Shown in pieces: positions 25,500 through 36,910 of a stretch of DNA of 64,000 nt. The notes beneath the pieces were generated by a model, which searched no databases, was not told the DNA's origin, and saw only the letters and a program-made list of their open reading frames with translations. The stretch lies in contig MU058636.1 in NCBI GenBank assembly GCA_013265495.1, positions 3,645,967 to 3,709,966 of the forward strand. The letters are read 5' to 3'. This stretch comes from Vicugna vicugna. Lineage: Eukaryota. How positions within the stretch are numbered: the stretch's first letter is position 1; every line of letters starts with the position of its first letter. The position numbers and the translations under genes were made by a program.

Positions 25500-25942
25500 G
25501 TGTGCATTAAATTCCCTGTCATAAATGACCACAACCCAGTGGCTTGAAACAACACAAATTCATTACCGCGTGGCTCTGGGTGTCAGAAGTCTACAGGCAA
25601 GGTGTCGGCGGGGCTGCGTTCCTTCTGGAAGCTCTGGGGAGAATCCCTTCCTGGCCTTGTCCGGCTTTTGGAGGCCCCTGCTTCCCTCCGCTCAGGGCTA
25701 CGTCACCCCAACCATCTGCTATCTCACCTCATCTCTCAGGACTGACTCTGACCCCCCGCCTCCTCCCTCCTATAAGGACCCCCCTGGTGATGACATTGGG
25801 TTCACCTGGATGGACCGGGATGGTCTCCATCTCAAGGTCCTTCATCACATTCTCAAAGTCTCTTTTAAAATGTGAGGCCACAGACACAGGGTCCCGGGAT
25901 TCAGACGTGGGCATCTCAGGAGCCACCATTCTGCTCACCACA
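25500..25942 (-). mobile_element. MaLR solo LTR (MLT1C/D-like)
   Basis: aaatgaccacaacccagtggcttgaaacaacacaaatt...ccttctggaagctctggggagaatcc...ccattctgctcaccaca. Confidence 0.8.
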
Positions 25943-27283
25943 AGGAGGAAACGGAGAAATACAGGAGGAATTCTGTGAAAATGTGCTGGGAAGCATAAAG
26001 CAGTTTGTAAGCAGTAAGGCTTAATAATGTTCCTCAGAGCTTCAAGCACTTTGGCAGTGCTCAATGTACACTTTGGAGTGGAGGTGATTCTTCAAAAGTG
26101 AAATGAATTGGCCCAGCATCTATTAAAATACCTGCTTAAAGATTTTAAAATTTAGTTTTCCAGGTTTTTAAAAATTATCTTCGAACTCTAGGGGTTTCCT
26201 TATTCTTGTTCGCCTAGGATCTTGTGAACGCTGGGTCACTGCTTGGTCCCCGGCTGTTCTGGAGGAGAGCGCTCGGAGGCGGGGAGGCCTTGCTTGCTAT
26301 CTGAGGAAGCGAGTCTCGCTATCTTTGCGTGAGAAGGTACTGCGTTAAGTTTGCGGTGAGAGCAATGATCAGACCCTTCCTGTCACAGACTATGGATCGA
26401 AAATGCGATGTTTCTCTCCCCAGGTCACCATGCATTCTACCCCTCTGCCATTCGGCACTGCCATTCGGGTGTTTTCCACGTGCCAAGCTCTGGACGACGT
26501 ACGGGGGTGGCATAGCTGACTACAGGAAGGCCCGTCTTCCGAAGGCCTTGCAGTTAGGTCAGAGAGGAGGACAAACGACCAAACGTGCGATTACGACACT
26601 GCACAAAGGAGCATAAACCAGGGGGGAACAAGCAAGCTGTACCTGTCGCCTGGGGTGTCTAGGGAGCCCCTGCACCCAGCTGTGTAAGGAGGAAACGTGG
26701 ACGCCGGTGTGGCTGCAAGCAACCCAGGGAACAGAGGCTGGAAGAGTCTGCTGTGGCTGAGCCCCGAGGTCAGAGTGCAGAGTGGAGGGAGGATGCCCCG
26801 GAGGGGTGCAGGGGGAGGTAAGGGGGAGGTGGGCTCTTCGCTTGTAATGTGGCTTCCTGGGTTTTTTCACAGGAGACAGTGTAGCACTTTCATCCTGCGT
26901 TCTTCTGTCTTCTTCGTCTCTGCTGTCTTTCCATCGCCTTGAGTCGTAGTAAATATATACATTGCGGTGAGACAGACGGTGCTTGCCCAGGGGGCACCCA
27001 TGAAGCATCAGGAAGTGGTTTAGCGTGGGCCCGAGACAGACTGGAGGCGTTCCCCTCAACACGAGCCTTCTCTCTGGTCTCTGAAAGCAGGTTCCTGACG
27101 AGGCTTCAGGGTTAAAAAGAGCAGCACTGATTCCCTTTCTCCACAGGGAGAGCGCCCGACTCTGGGCCACCCCCTACCCCCCAGTTCTCTGAGCAGATCA
27201 CTTAACATCTCTGAGCCTTCGTTTCTTGGTGACAGCAATAAGAGTCCCTTCTCTGGCTCTTGTAAGGGTTAAAAGATTCAGTA

Positions 27284-27755
27284 CAGACGGTCCCCAACTT
27301 AAGATGGTTCGACTTAGGCCTTGTCCTCTCTATGACTGCGCAGCAGCAGCATCACACGCTCGGGAGAAACCGCACTTCACGTTGTGAGCGTGCAGCCTTC
27401 CCCGGCTAGCGACACGAGGCGCGTCCCCTCTGGTGATGCTGGGCTCTCGGTCAGTCACGTGATCACGGGGCTCAACCCCAGTTACGCTCACATTCTGGAC
27501 CCAGGCAACCATTTGTTTTTCACTTCCGGTACAATATCTGATAAATTACGTGAGCTGTTCAACACTCTGTCATGAAATAGGTTTTGTGTTAGATGATTTT
27601 GCCCACTGTCGGCTAAAGTAAGTGTTCTGAGCACATTGAAGGCGGACTGGGCTAAGCTGTGATGTTCAGTGGGTTAGGGGTATTAAATGCACTTTCGACT
27701 TCAGATATTTTCATTTTACGATGGCTGTACCCCACCATCCGGCGAGGAAGATCTG
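27284..27755 (-). mobile_element. Tigger5/MER47-like Tc1-mariner MITE, TA-flanked, inserted into a MIR
   Basis: TA|CAGACGGTCCCCAACTTAAGATGGTTCGACTTA...cgaggaagATCTG|TA, with imperfect TIRs and a TA duplication. MIR-like sequence lies on both sides (~27190-27281 and ~27758-27800). Confidence 0.82.
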
Positions 27756-30700
27756 TATATGTAAAGTTCCCAGCTTAGTGTCTGGAACTTAAAGAGCTCA
27801 CAAGAAAAGTGCCAATTCCCGTCACTGGGAAATTCTGCCCCAGGGAAGTTTTAATTACAGTTCCTTTCTCTCTCTCTCTCCCAATTCAAGGATTCGCTTC
27901 CAAGCCAGTTAACAGGCCACAGAGTTCTGCCACCCATCAGCCACTGGTGGCCAACAGACTCCGGGTACTGGCTTCAACATAGTCTCTTGAAGCCGAGACA
28001 CTTAGGTGGAGGCCAGTGTGTCGCACCCTGGCTCCCAGTGCATCCAGACTGGTGACTGTTCCACAGACATGTACGTAAATATTTAACTCTGTGCAGAGTC
28101 ACCCCAGCACGGCGGGGCTCAGCAGAGAATCCAAGAAGCAAGATGGCTTTGGCATCGTCTGCTCCTAGCCTGGTGGAGCATATGCCTTGTTGGGAGGGAT
28201 CTTCCACAGACTGGACAACTGCTGCTTTAAAATACTAACAATAATTATCTCCCCCAAACTCAGCAATAAATACCAGGTGGGACAGATCGGATGTCAAACT
28301 TAGCCAGTTAGAACGGCTCCCTGGTACCATTTCCCGGAGTGTCCCGGTACCTAAATTCCTGGTGTGGGCTCCTGGCAGGGAGAGGAAGGGACAAATGTTT
28401 CAGCACCAGCAGAGCACCTGGCTCGAGCTTCATCTCATTGACGCTGCAGGAACATTATCTTTATTGTTGTTATTATTTCTCTTTTACAGATAAGAAAATC
28501 TCTGGCTCAGAGAAGGTGAGTGATACACCCAAGGCCACACAGCTCTGAGAAGCAGGGCCAGGGTTTGGCTCCTGGCTTCTTGTCTCTACAGGCATGGCAC
28601 AGAGGAAAGACTCACATAAGAAGAATATTCCAGTATCCTTTCAAAAGTCTCATTGAGGAGATAGGTCTCAAAGGGCGCCCTGGTGGCCAAGAGGCCCTGG
28701 CTTCATTTAACAAAAGTAGAGAATTTCTTCTGCTAAAGGCAGCCCCGATCTCTGGGCCTCTCTGTAAATTTCCTCCATCAGAGACTGCTCATGGCAGTGT
28801 CTCTAGGGATGCGAACAGGATAGGCCCAGATCCAAAGCCAAATAGGCAGCAGGGAGAGCAAGGCTATCGCCAGGGTAACCGAAATCCATGCTATGGAGGG
28901 ATTTCTGGAGGGATTCGAATTCTCTCTCTTAGATCCTACCCCGGGGCGTCAAGGTGGAAACACCAGTGCGCACAGGGGGACTGCAGAGTCTGGAGGGGAG
29001 GCAGGCACAGCCTGTGGACCACTGCCCCGGAAGCGGTGCCTCAAGTCCCCAGCAGCCTCCAGGCAGCGTTCCCTCCCAGGCAGCCGAGTACTTCCGCACG
29101 TGGGAGGGAAGTCTGCTCAGACTCTCACGGAAGCCCAGGAGGCAGCCTGTTTTAGGGGTCCAGAGGCTGGTGCAGAAACCCTTTAGGTCTCTTCCCTGTA
29201 TCAAAGATCTGTCACTCCCCAACCCCTGGGAAGATTCTGATTCTGTAGGTGGCGGGGTTGGTGGTGGGGGCGGGGAGAGTCTGCATACTTCCCCCAGGAT
29301 TTTGATGTGGGAGGTCTGTGGGCCGTATTTTGAAAATTGCTGCTTTTCCTGCCAACACAGCTTTCATTGCATCCCCTCTGGCCACAGCGACACTCCCAGC
29401 CGCCTGGAGCCTCAGGGCATTCTCTAGAAAATGAATCCACACTGGAGTCAAGAGGAATATTCACCAGGCTCATTGCTGAGCTGTTAGGGCCCAGGGGGAG
29501 GGCTGTTCCTGCGACCCTGCACTGGGAGCAGGGCCTCAACCAGGAATCGTGTCCCTCTCTTGCCCCAGAATCTGGAGTGGGTGACCTGGGCTCCTCCAGG
29601 GATGGATAGGCGCATGCTCAGAGCAGGACAGCTCCCTGCAGCCTGGTGGCCCTGAAAGGGTTAAGGGTCTCCCTGGAAGCCCGGATTCCAAGGAGAAATT
29701 TGAGTGCCAGGAAAACAGGGCCCTCTCTGTCTGGAACTCTGGGCACCCCAGCTCTTGCGCCTGTCCCTGGGGGCTGAGACCCTGCACCTCCCCTCCCGCC
29801 TTCCCCCAGGGGTGTGGCATGGGGAAGAGGTTAGCCCCACACCCTCAGGACAAAGAACACAGGCATGGAGGAGGGATGGGTCAGCATCTACACAACACTT
29901 CTGAATGTTCTGGAAAGGAAAACAAAACAAACAAGCGCGTGAGGTAGTGACTGAGATATTAAGACTATTTCCCTTTAAAGCCGGAGAAGTCTGTCCCTCC
30001 CTCCCACGTCACTTTAGGCCCTGATGGCTTTCTTGATCTTTCAGGGTCATAACTGCTATCTCAGTGACTAGTAGGAAACTCCATTAGGCCCTTTCTTTAG
30101 GAAAGGAATTAATGACTGAAAATTTAGTGCTTTGTAAACATAGTAGGGAAAGCGTTTCCCTCAGGCCCCCTGATTCCTTGGCAAGGAGGGAGTCTGGATG
30201 GGAAAGTGTTTCCAGCCTGCTGAGAAGCCCTGCGCCCAGCACCGTCTGCGTCTGGTAAAGCTGGCCCCACAGTGCTGGGAGCTCAAAAACCCTGAGAAAG
30301 GAGTCGCAGGGAAAGCAAAAGAGGCAGGACCCAGGGGGAACGAGACATGTCTGTTGAGTTGAAAAAACACCAACGGTGAAGTTTTCTAACATAAACGCAT
30401 ATTTTTAGTAAAAATGTGTGTCCTTGGCAAGTCCAGTTTTTGAACTGAATTAGAGAAATCAGTTGTTTACGTGGCCCAGACTCGCAGACTAATTACCCTC
30501 TTTTGAGAGCTCTTTTAAACTTTCAGGCCCGGCCCCTGACATAAAACCCTTGGAAATAAAAACACCTCTCAGGACAGACACTGAGAAGGAGGCAGGGGAG
30601 TCGGGATCGCAGCCACGCATAGCTGGCAGCCACGAGGCGAGCTCCTGACTCCTGAGGGAGGGGAGGTGGGGGCTGGGGGAGGGCCTGGTTTGATATAAGG

Positions 30701-32683
30701 ACCGCATTCCAAGCGCTTTTCCAGAGAAGTTTCCTGGCCCACCAAGTCTTTCTCCTTGAAGGCAGCCTTTCCCAGAGACCAGCCTTTTCCTGCCAGTTAC
30801 TCCCTCCTTCAGAAAACCACGGTGACATCATTTTAGCAAATCCTCATGTCTTTGAAAGCTGGCCAGTCCTGCCTGGAGACCCCAGGGGGTGGAACTGCCA
30901 AGGCCTGAACCAGGGATTCAGCCATTCTTCCCCAGGGTCTTGGTTTGGTTGTGTGAACTCACTGATTCATTTAACAAATAGTACTGAGCACATACTGGGC
31001 TCAGATTTGGGGGTGAATCTTTGAGATTCAGAAATTGGGGCCTTCAAAAAGTGTCTGAATATCTGTCATAGCAACAGCAGCCGAAAACTTCTATTTCTTG
31101 GGGGATATCTGAGTTTTTGAGTCAACCCTGCCATGACTTTTTGTTTCTTAGAATGTTTTGAAGGCACCAGCTAGACTAGTGAAACGGGATTGCCAGGGGC
31201 ATCTTCCGGGCTCAGGATGACCCTTCCTACTATTTCAACGCCATTATGAATTTAATAGACTTTTGCAAAAAAGCCTAGAAACCATTTATAATAACATTGT
31301 AAATTAATTAAAAAAATTTTTAAATGAATCTACCGCATAAATCCTCTGAGAAATTAGAATATACTTTCTGAAGTTAGAAAATCAGAAAAATTAGGCTTTG
31401 TGTATTACATATAAAAGAGAAAAGTTTAGAAGACACCGTTTGAAGGTGTTCAAATTAAGGGTTAAGCAAAATGAAAGGTTAAGCAAAATTAAAGGTGCTG
31501 ATAAGTAGGTAGTATTGGCAAATGTGACCATTCGGGCAAAGGATTACAGGTAACAAACACTCAAGAGCCCTTTGACCTAATGCTATCCCACAGAAAGAAT
31601 GCATCTGATGTCTAATTTTATCTTATTTTAATTTTGCTCTGTTCCATAAGGACTTAAGGGAGTTTACGAAAGAGAAACAAAATATAAGTTTGCACTAAAA
31701 ACAGGAGTAAAGGGAAAAGGAAAGCTAAGGGTGATGGCATAAAAATGGAGCCAGCAGGGAAATGAGAGAGAAAATAAAAAGTATACTGTGCGGGTTTATA
31801 GACTTCCTTCCAATGGGCCACAAATTTGGCACTGGGAGTTAATGAAGAAAGGGAAACGGATGAGTGTTTAACATAAAAGCAATCAATTACTTCAGAGATC
31901 ACTATTTTTGGAACCAAGGAAAGACAGGCATTTCTCCTAAGGGCCTTTCCCTGCCCATCTGTGTAATGTACTAAGCCGCAGCCGTAATAACATCCTGCAC
32001 TGACCTCATCTCAAATAGTTTAGAATTTAGAACGATGGCATTTGCTTAAGACTTCAGTTCACTTCTTCTTGGTGCACACTTTGCTGCCAAATACCTCATA
32101 ACTGGGCACATACTTAGCCAGTTGGATCTGCGTACTTTGGTCTAGACGATGGCACCTTCCGGAATCTGCCGTACAGATCAAGTAGACAGTGACCGTATTT
32201 TTCAACCCCCACAATTGTAAAGAACCTCCTGACAACATGAGTGTCCATGTGAGACTAAGACGAAAAATTAGTGTGAAGGAAAGATCACCTGGTACATGCG
32301 GAGCGGAGCGTTGGACAAGCCTCCAACCTTCAGCCTGTCTGGGGAGGGCGAGAGTCTACACGGGATCGAGGCACATTTGAGACCCACCCCAGGTCCGGTC
32401 TACCCGCCAGGGATACCAGAATGGGTGATTTGACATTTTTAAATGGTTAACAACTCTGTATTCCATCCCTTAGATGCTTTCCCCCTCTGGTCACATTTAA
32501 TGTGTTTAACTGATGCTTCTTCATGTAAGAGGATAAATAAGCCGTTCCCTTTGATAAAAGCCCGGAGCTTTCCCTAGGAGGGAGGCACATTGGGATCAGC
32601 CTTCTCATTAAAGGGCAATTAAACGACTGGTTTCCTCGCCCCGTGCCCGCGCTCCCGCGCTCCCGGAGTAGGGAAGGGAGGAC

Positions 32684-32697
32684 GCGCCACCTAGTGG
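32684..32697 (-). promoter_or_regulatory. CTCF binding motif (consensus match) in a CpG-rich patch
   Basis: GCGCCACCTAGTGG; reverse complement tggCCACTAGGTGGCGC. Confidence 0.75.
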
Positions 32698-34639
32698 CCA
32701 GTCTCAAAACGTCCCCCGCGGGCGCGCTCCTGATGCTCCAGGCGCTCTGGGATGGGAGGCACCGGCATTCCAGAGGTTAACCAAGAGCTTGCAGGGTCTC
32801 GCTCGCGCTCTCCTTCCAGTCTGGCTGAGCCTTTCCGTGAGGGTGGTCGCAAAGGGTCCTGGGCTGACGGTAGGCAAGAAACCCGATCAATAAACAGGCC
32901 GCGTAACCTCCCTGCAAGGGTAGCGCATCTTTGCCGCAGGGACCTTCCTGCCACAGATCCCTGGTCCCTCTGCAACCCTGCTCGATGTCTCTCTAGTGCC
33001 TTCGCTGTGGACCGGCCCTGCCAGCCCTGACTCCCCCCAGACTGCTTCTGCAGGGTTCCTTCTGCGACTCAGAGGAGATCCGCCTCGGGGTATTCCGCGC
33101 CTGGGGGGAGCTCAGGATGACCCTTCTTACGATGTCGACATCATTATGAATTTGATACGTTTTTGCAAAAAAAAAAGCCTTGGAACCATTTATAATAGGA
33201 TTTCCATGAGCAAACATATTCCATATTCTAAACAACCAACGTGTATACAATCTATTCATAAGATAAAGACTTCCCTTGTCTTTAAGGTCTCCTTCCCAGC
33301 ATCCTCCTGGTTCTCTTCCCCAGGTCAAGATCAGGGCCAGGACTCTGGGACACGGTATTTACTAAGTCAGGGGTGAGGGGCCCCAGCTTGGCTTAGGCTG
33401 GGCCACTTGTAGGATTCAGGTCTGCCTGGGCAAGTCTGCTGGGCTGTGGAGTGGCCGAGCCGGGAGTTGAGTGTGGTGGCTGCCCAGGGCACTTAGCAGG
33501 CACAGAGATGCACCGCCCAGATTCCCTTCCAGAAAGGGCACGGGGCCCATTACAAGGAGTGTGGCTTGCTGACAGCCTCCAGCTGTTGGCCCTTCCAGGC
33601 CATGCCTCAGCTTTCAGACCCGATCGTACATACTCTCCTTAAGGCTGCCCAGGCCCACCTCAGAGCAAGTCTGTGGTCTAAAGGCCCAGCATTTCTGCCC
33701 AACATGGGACTCCTCTCCTAGGTGGTCGTTCCCCAGAATCCCTGTTGAGATCCCCCTCCTGCTGATGGCTCCCCTCCCACAGGAACTTCTCAGCTACAGG
33801 CCCTCTGCCTGCCTAACTTCCGCTCAGGGTCTTGCCTGGAGAGTCAGCCTAACAGATTGACTGACCCTATGGAAGCCAGCATCCTTGGTATTTTATGGTT
33901 CATGACCCTCTTTTGAGAGCATGACAATCACTATGGGGGTCTTCCCAGAAATGCACATGCACTCAGGGTCACCCAGTGCAGACCTCCTGGGTTCATCCCC
34001 CGGGCCTTTGAGTCAGGCTGAGAACCCCTGGCTTGAGGGAGGGCATGGGGACAGGAGGGGCGGCGGGCGGGGAGGTGAGGAGAGAGGAATGGTAACAGAG
34101 CTTCAGGCATTTGGAGAGAAGGCTTAATTCTAATTTCTGCCTCTGATGCGACCCTCAGCCCAGCCTCCTATGAGCTCATGGATTCTGTGAGAGAAAATCG
34201 GAAGCCAGTTCCCTTAAGTGCTCTCCAAGGCCCTGTAGGCAGGCCACCCAGCTTGGCCCTGTGTGGATCTGGCACAGTGAGAGCTCAGAGAACAGAGCTG
34301 GCTTGGCCTGAGTGTCAGGGCCCAGCCGCCCTTCTGGCCAGGGTGGGGTGGCTACCACATTATCTGGGGAGACCACCATGTCCACTGGGCCCTGGAGACA
34401 AGGTTTTAGGCCCCTTGGCAGCAGCATCCTTGAAAGTGGACATCACCAAACAATGTCCAACTGGAGAGAAAGAGATGGCAGCCTGGAAGTGGGATCGTAC
34501 AGGACCTCCTCCAGGAAGTCCCCCTTCCTGGAATAATTGGCATTGGTTTGCAGGGGGTTAGGTGTCCTCCATGAACAGGGGGAGAAAGGAGCCAGCAAGA
34601 TAGGATTATGTAAGATGGGAAGAAGTATTGTAGGACTTA

Positions 34640-34830
34640 CAAGAGCAGACACAGAGCACTTACTGTGTACCAGGCACCATTTAAGCACTCACCTATAGCA
34701 ACTGATTTAATTTGTATATACCCCATGTGATGGGTCCTATCATTATTCCCATTCCACACAGAGAGATTTAGCAACCTGCTAAAGTCACACAGCTAAAAGC
34801 AACAGAGCTGGGATTTGACCCCAGGCAGTG
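34640..34830 (-). mobile_element. MIR SINE
   Basis: gagcacttactgtgtaccaggcacc...attattcccatt...aagtcacacagct...gctgggatttgaccccaggcagt. Confidence 0.75.
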
Positions 34831-36419
34831 GGGAGGGGGTGGTCTGTGCTCTTGATCTCTGGCTGTGCTGGCTCTATGTTTGCTAGTGGTCAAGAACTTG
34901 GATGTTGTTGTCGAGTGGCTCTGGGTATGTCCCTGGTTCCCCCTCTTACTAGTTGTGGGATGGCAGTAGGTTTCATACCTCTCCATGACTCGGTTTTCTC
35001 AACTGAGTGTAAAAATGGTATTAATCCTACCTCTCAGAGACCTGTGAGGTTTAAATGAGCTAGCCATGTAAAGGGCTTTTGCTGGCACCCAGAAAATGCT
35101 CAAAATGATGTTGCATGTGTGCAAAGTCTTCGGGCATATGCAAGCCGCAGAACTCAAAGTGGCTCCTTCAAAGAAACTTGTGGCCCAAAGCTCCCAGGCT
35201 AGCCCAGACCAGCCCAGCTGCAGAGGGCCTTGAGGGTAGGAGGCCTGGGGCCGCCTTGGAGTTAAGGGCCAGGCGTGTGTCTTCCCGGTTCCTCGCTGGG
35301 CGCAGGGCCCGTGGGCTCCCCTGGTCACTGGGCATCTCTGTCTTCAAAGGGTTTACTGCCTGTGGCAGCCCCTGCACTGTTCCACCAGCACCTGAGCCAA
35401 CAATGCTGTTGTTTTCCTCGGAGACAAGGGGCATGCGGGAGGAGGCTCGGGGCGCCCTGTCACTGGCCCAGCCCCAGCCTCTGGAAGGGGAGGCCGTTCC
35501 CACGTGGGGCTGCCTGCTTTCCATCAGCCCAGCCGGGGCCTCACACAAGGGGCGCCGCTGGCTTTGTAAAAGGACACCCTTCTAGGGAGTGTAACTCCCT
35601 TGATTAATACAAATTTAATCAGCACGAAACTTTCTACTACACGTGCCTGGTGTAAAGCGATACACACTCACGTTCAGGAATGTTGAACCTCATTCTCCAA
35701 AACGTTTCTGCAGGCAGAAAGTAGAGGGCATCTGCTTCTCAGACCGGGGAGGTTCGGGAGAAGCACGGGGTGCGGGCGGGCTGTGAGGTGTAGAGTAAAG
35801 GGGCACAGGGCTGGGGAGAAAGGAGGAGTTTTGGAATGGATTCTCACCAATTTTATAAATTATGTGGGCATTTGTCTTAAAAACAGGTTGTGAAATAATT
35901 AAAAGCACAAGGTAATTTCACTTTATAATTTTGAGTTCCATCAACTAAAGATCCCCAGATACTCAAAGGCTTTCAATGAAGGCTTTTCTTGAATGAACTG
36001 AAATTTTAATCTTTTACTTCTCATTTCAGAATTCATTAATCTTGTCTCCTTAGAGGCTTTTTGTTTTCCTGGCATGGCAAGGCATTAAGAGCTTAGAGGA
36101 CAAGGGTAGCCTTCTCATCTAAATGAACTTTATAAGCCACAAGTTCCTCCCTTTAGCTGGAAGGATGAGCTAATTCCAAGGACTGAAATTAGTCATTTCA
36201 CCCTTGACTTTCTTTCCATGTTTGCAGCATTAGAATTCAGGTCACTTAGCATCTTTCACAGATACAGATATCAGAGTTGTTTTTTTTTTCCCCACACACA
36301 AATTTGTATATTTTTCCTAATAAATGATGCTTAATTAAGTCAGTTAATTTAATTATAAGTGTCCCAGGAAAATTTCTTTCTAAGTTATTAGTTTTCACTT
36401 TTCTTCTTTTTTCTGTTGG

Positions 36420-36910
36420 CTTTACTCAACAAATTACAAGTGCTTATTATATGCCAAGCACTAGTCTAGCCATGGGGTTATAATATTGAACAAAGTTTCT
36501 GCTTTTCTGAAGCTTTTATTTCAGAACAAGCATATTTTTCAATCGAGTGAACTAATTTCAGAGTATTTTGGTGGAGAGTAGCAGGGTAGAGGTGCCTGAG
36601 AGGGACTCACTGGGGAGGCCTTTCTGAGAGGGAGGAGAGTCTGGGTTGAGATGTAGATGCCAAGGTGGAGCCAGCCACGTAAATGTAGGGCAGTCTAGGG
36701 AGCGGGACGGCAAGTTCAAAGGCACTGAGGGAGGGATCAGCTCAGTGAGTCCAACAACAGAAGGGCCTCCTGGCCAGAATGGAGTGAAGAAATGCCATCA
36801 GAGGGGTTAGCAGGGCTCCGAGTGCCCTGGTGATGTGTAGGACTTCACCTTGGGAAGCTGGGAGGTTTTTAAGCTAGGAAGTGACCTGATCCAATTTGTT
36901 TATAAAGATC
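36420..36910 (-). mobile_element. L2 LINE fragment
   Basis: tcaacaaattacaagtgcttattatatgccaagcac...gaggttttttaagctaggaagtgacctgatc. Confidence 0.6.

Noticed and set aside
26559..27170. 203-aa minus-strand ORF
   Set aside because: No recognisable family and no exon evidence. Such ORFs are expected by chance in GC-rich DNA.
28520..29155. 211-aa ORF
   Set aside because: It starts in MIR-like sequence at a non-ATG codon, has no domain similarity, and overlaps several other chance ORFs.
32996..33376. 126-aa ORF across the second copy of the 85-bp repeat
   Set aside because: The other copy differs by a 4-nt frameshifting A-run change, so there is no sign of coding constraint.
34640..35110. Inverted MIR pair as a dsRNA-forming structure
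   Set aside because: The copies are too diverged for stable pairing and there is no evidence of transcription.
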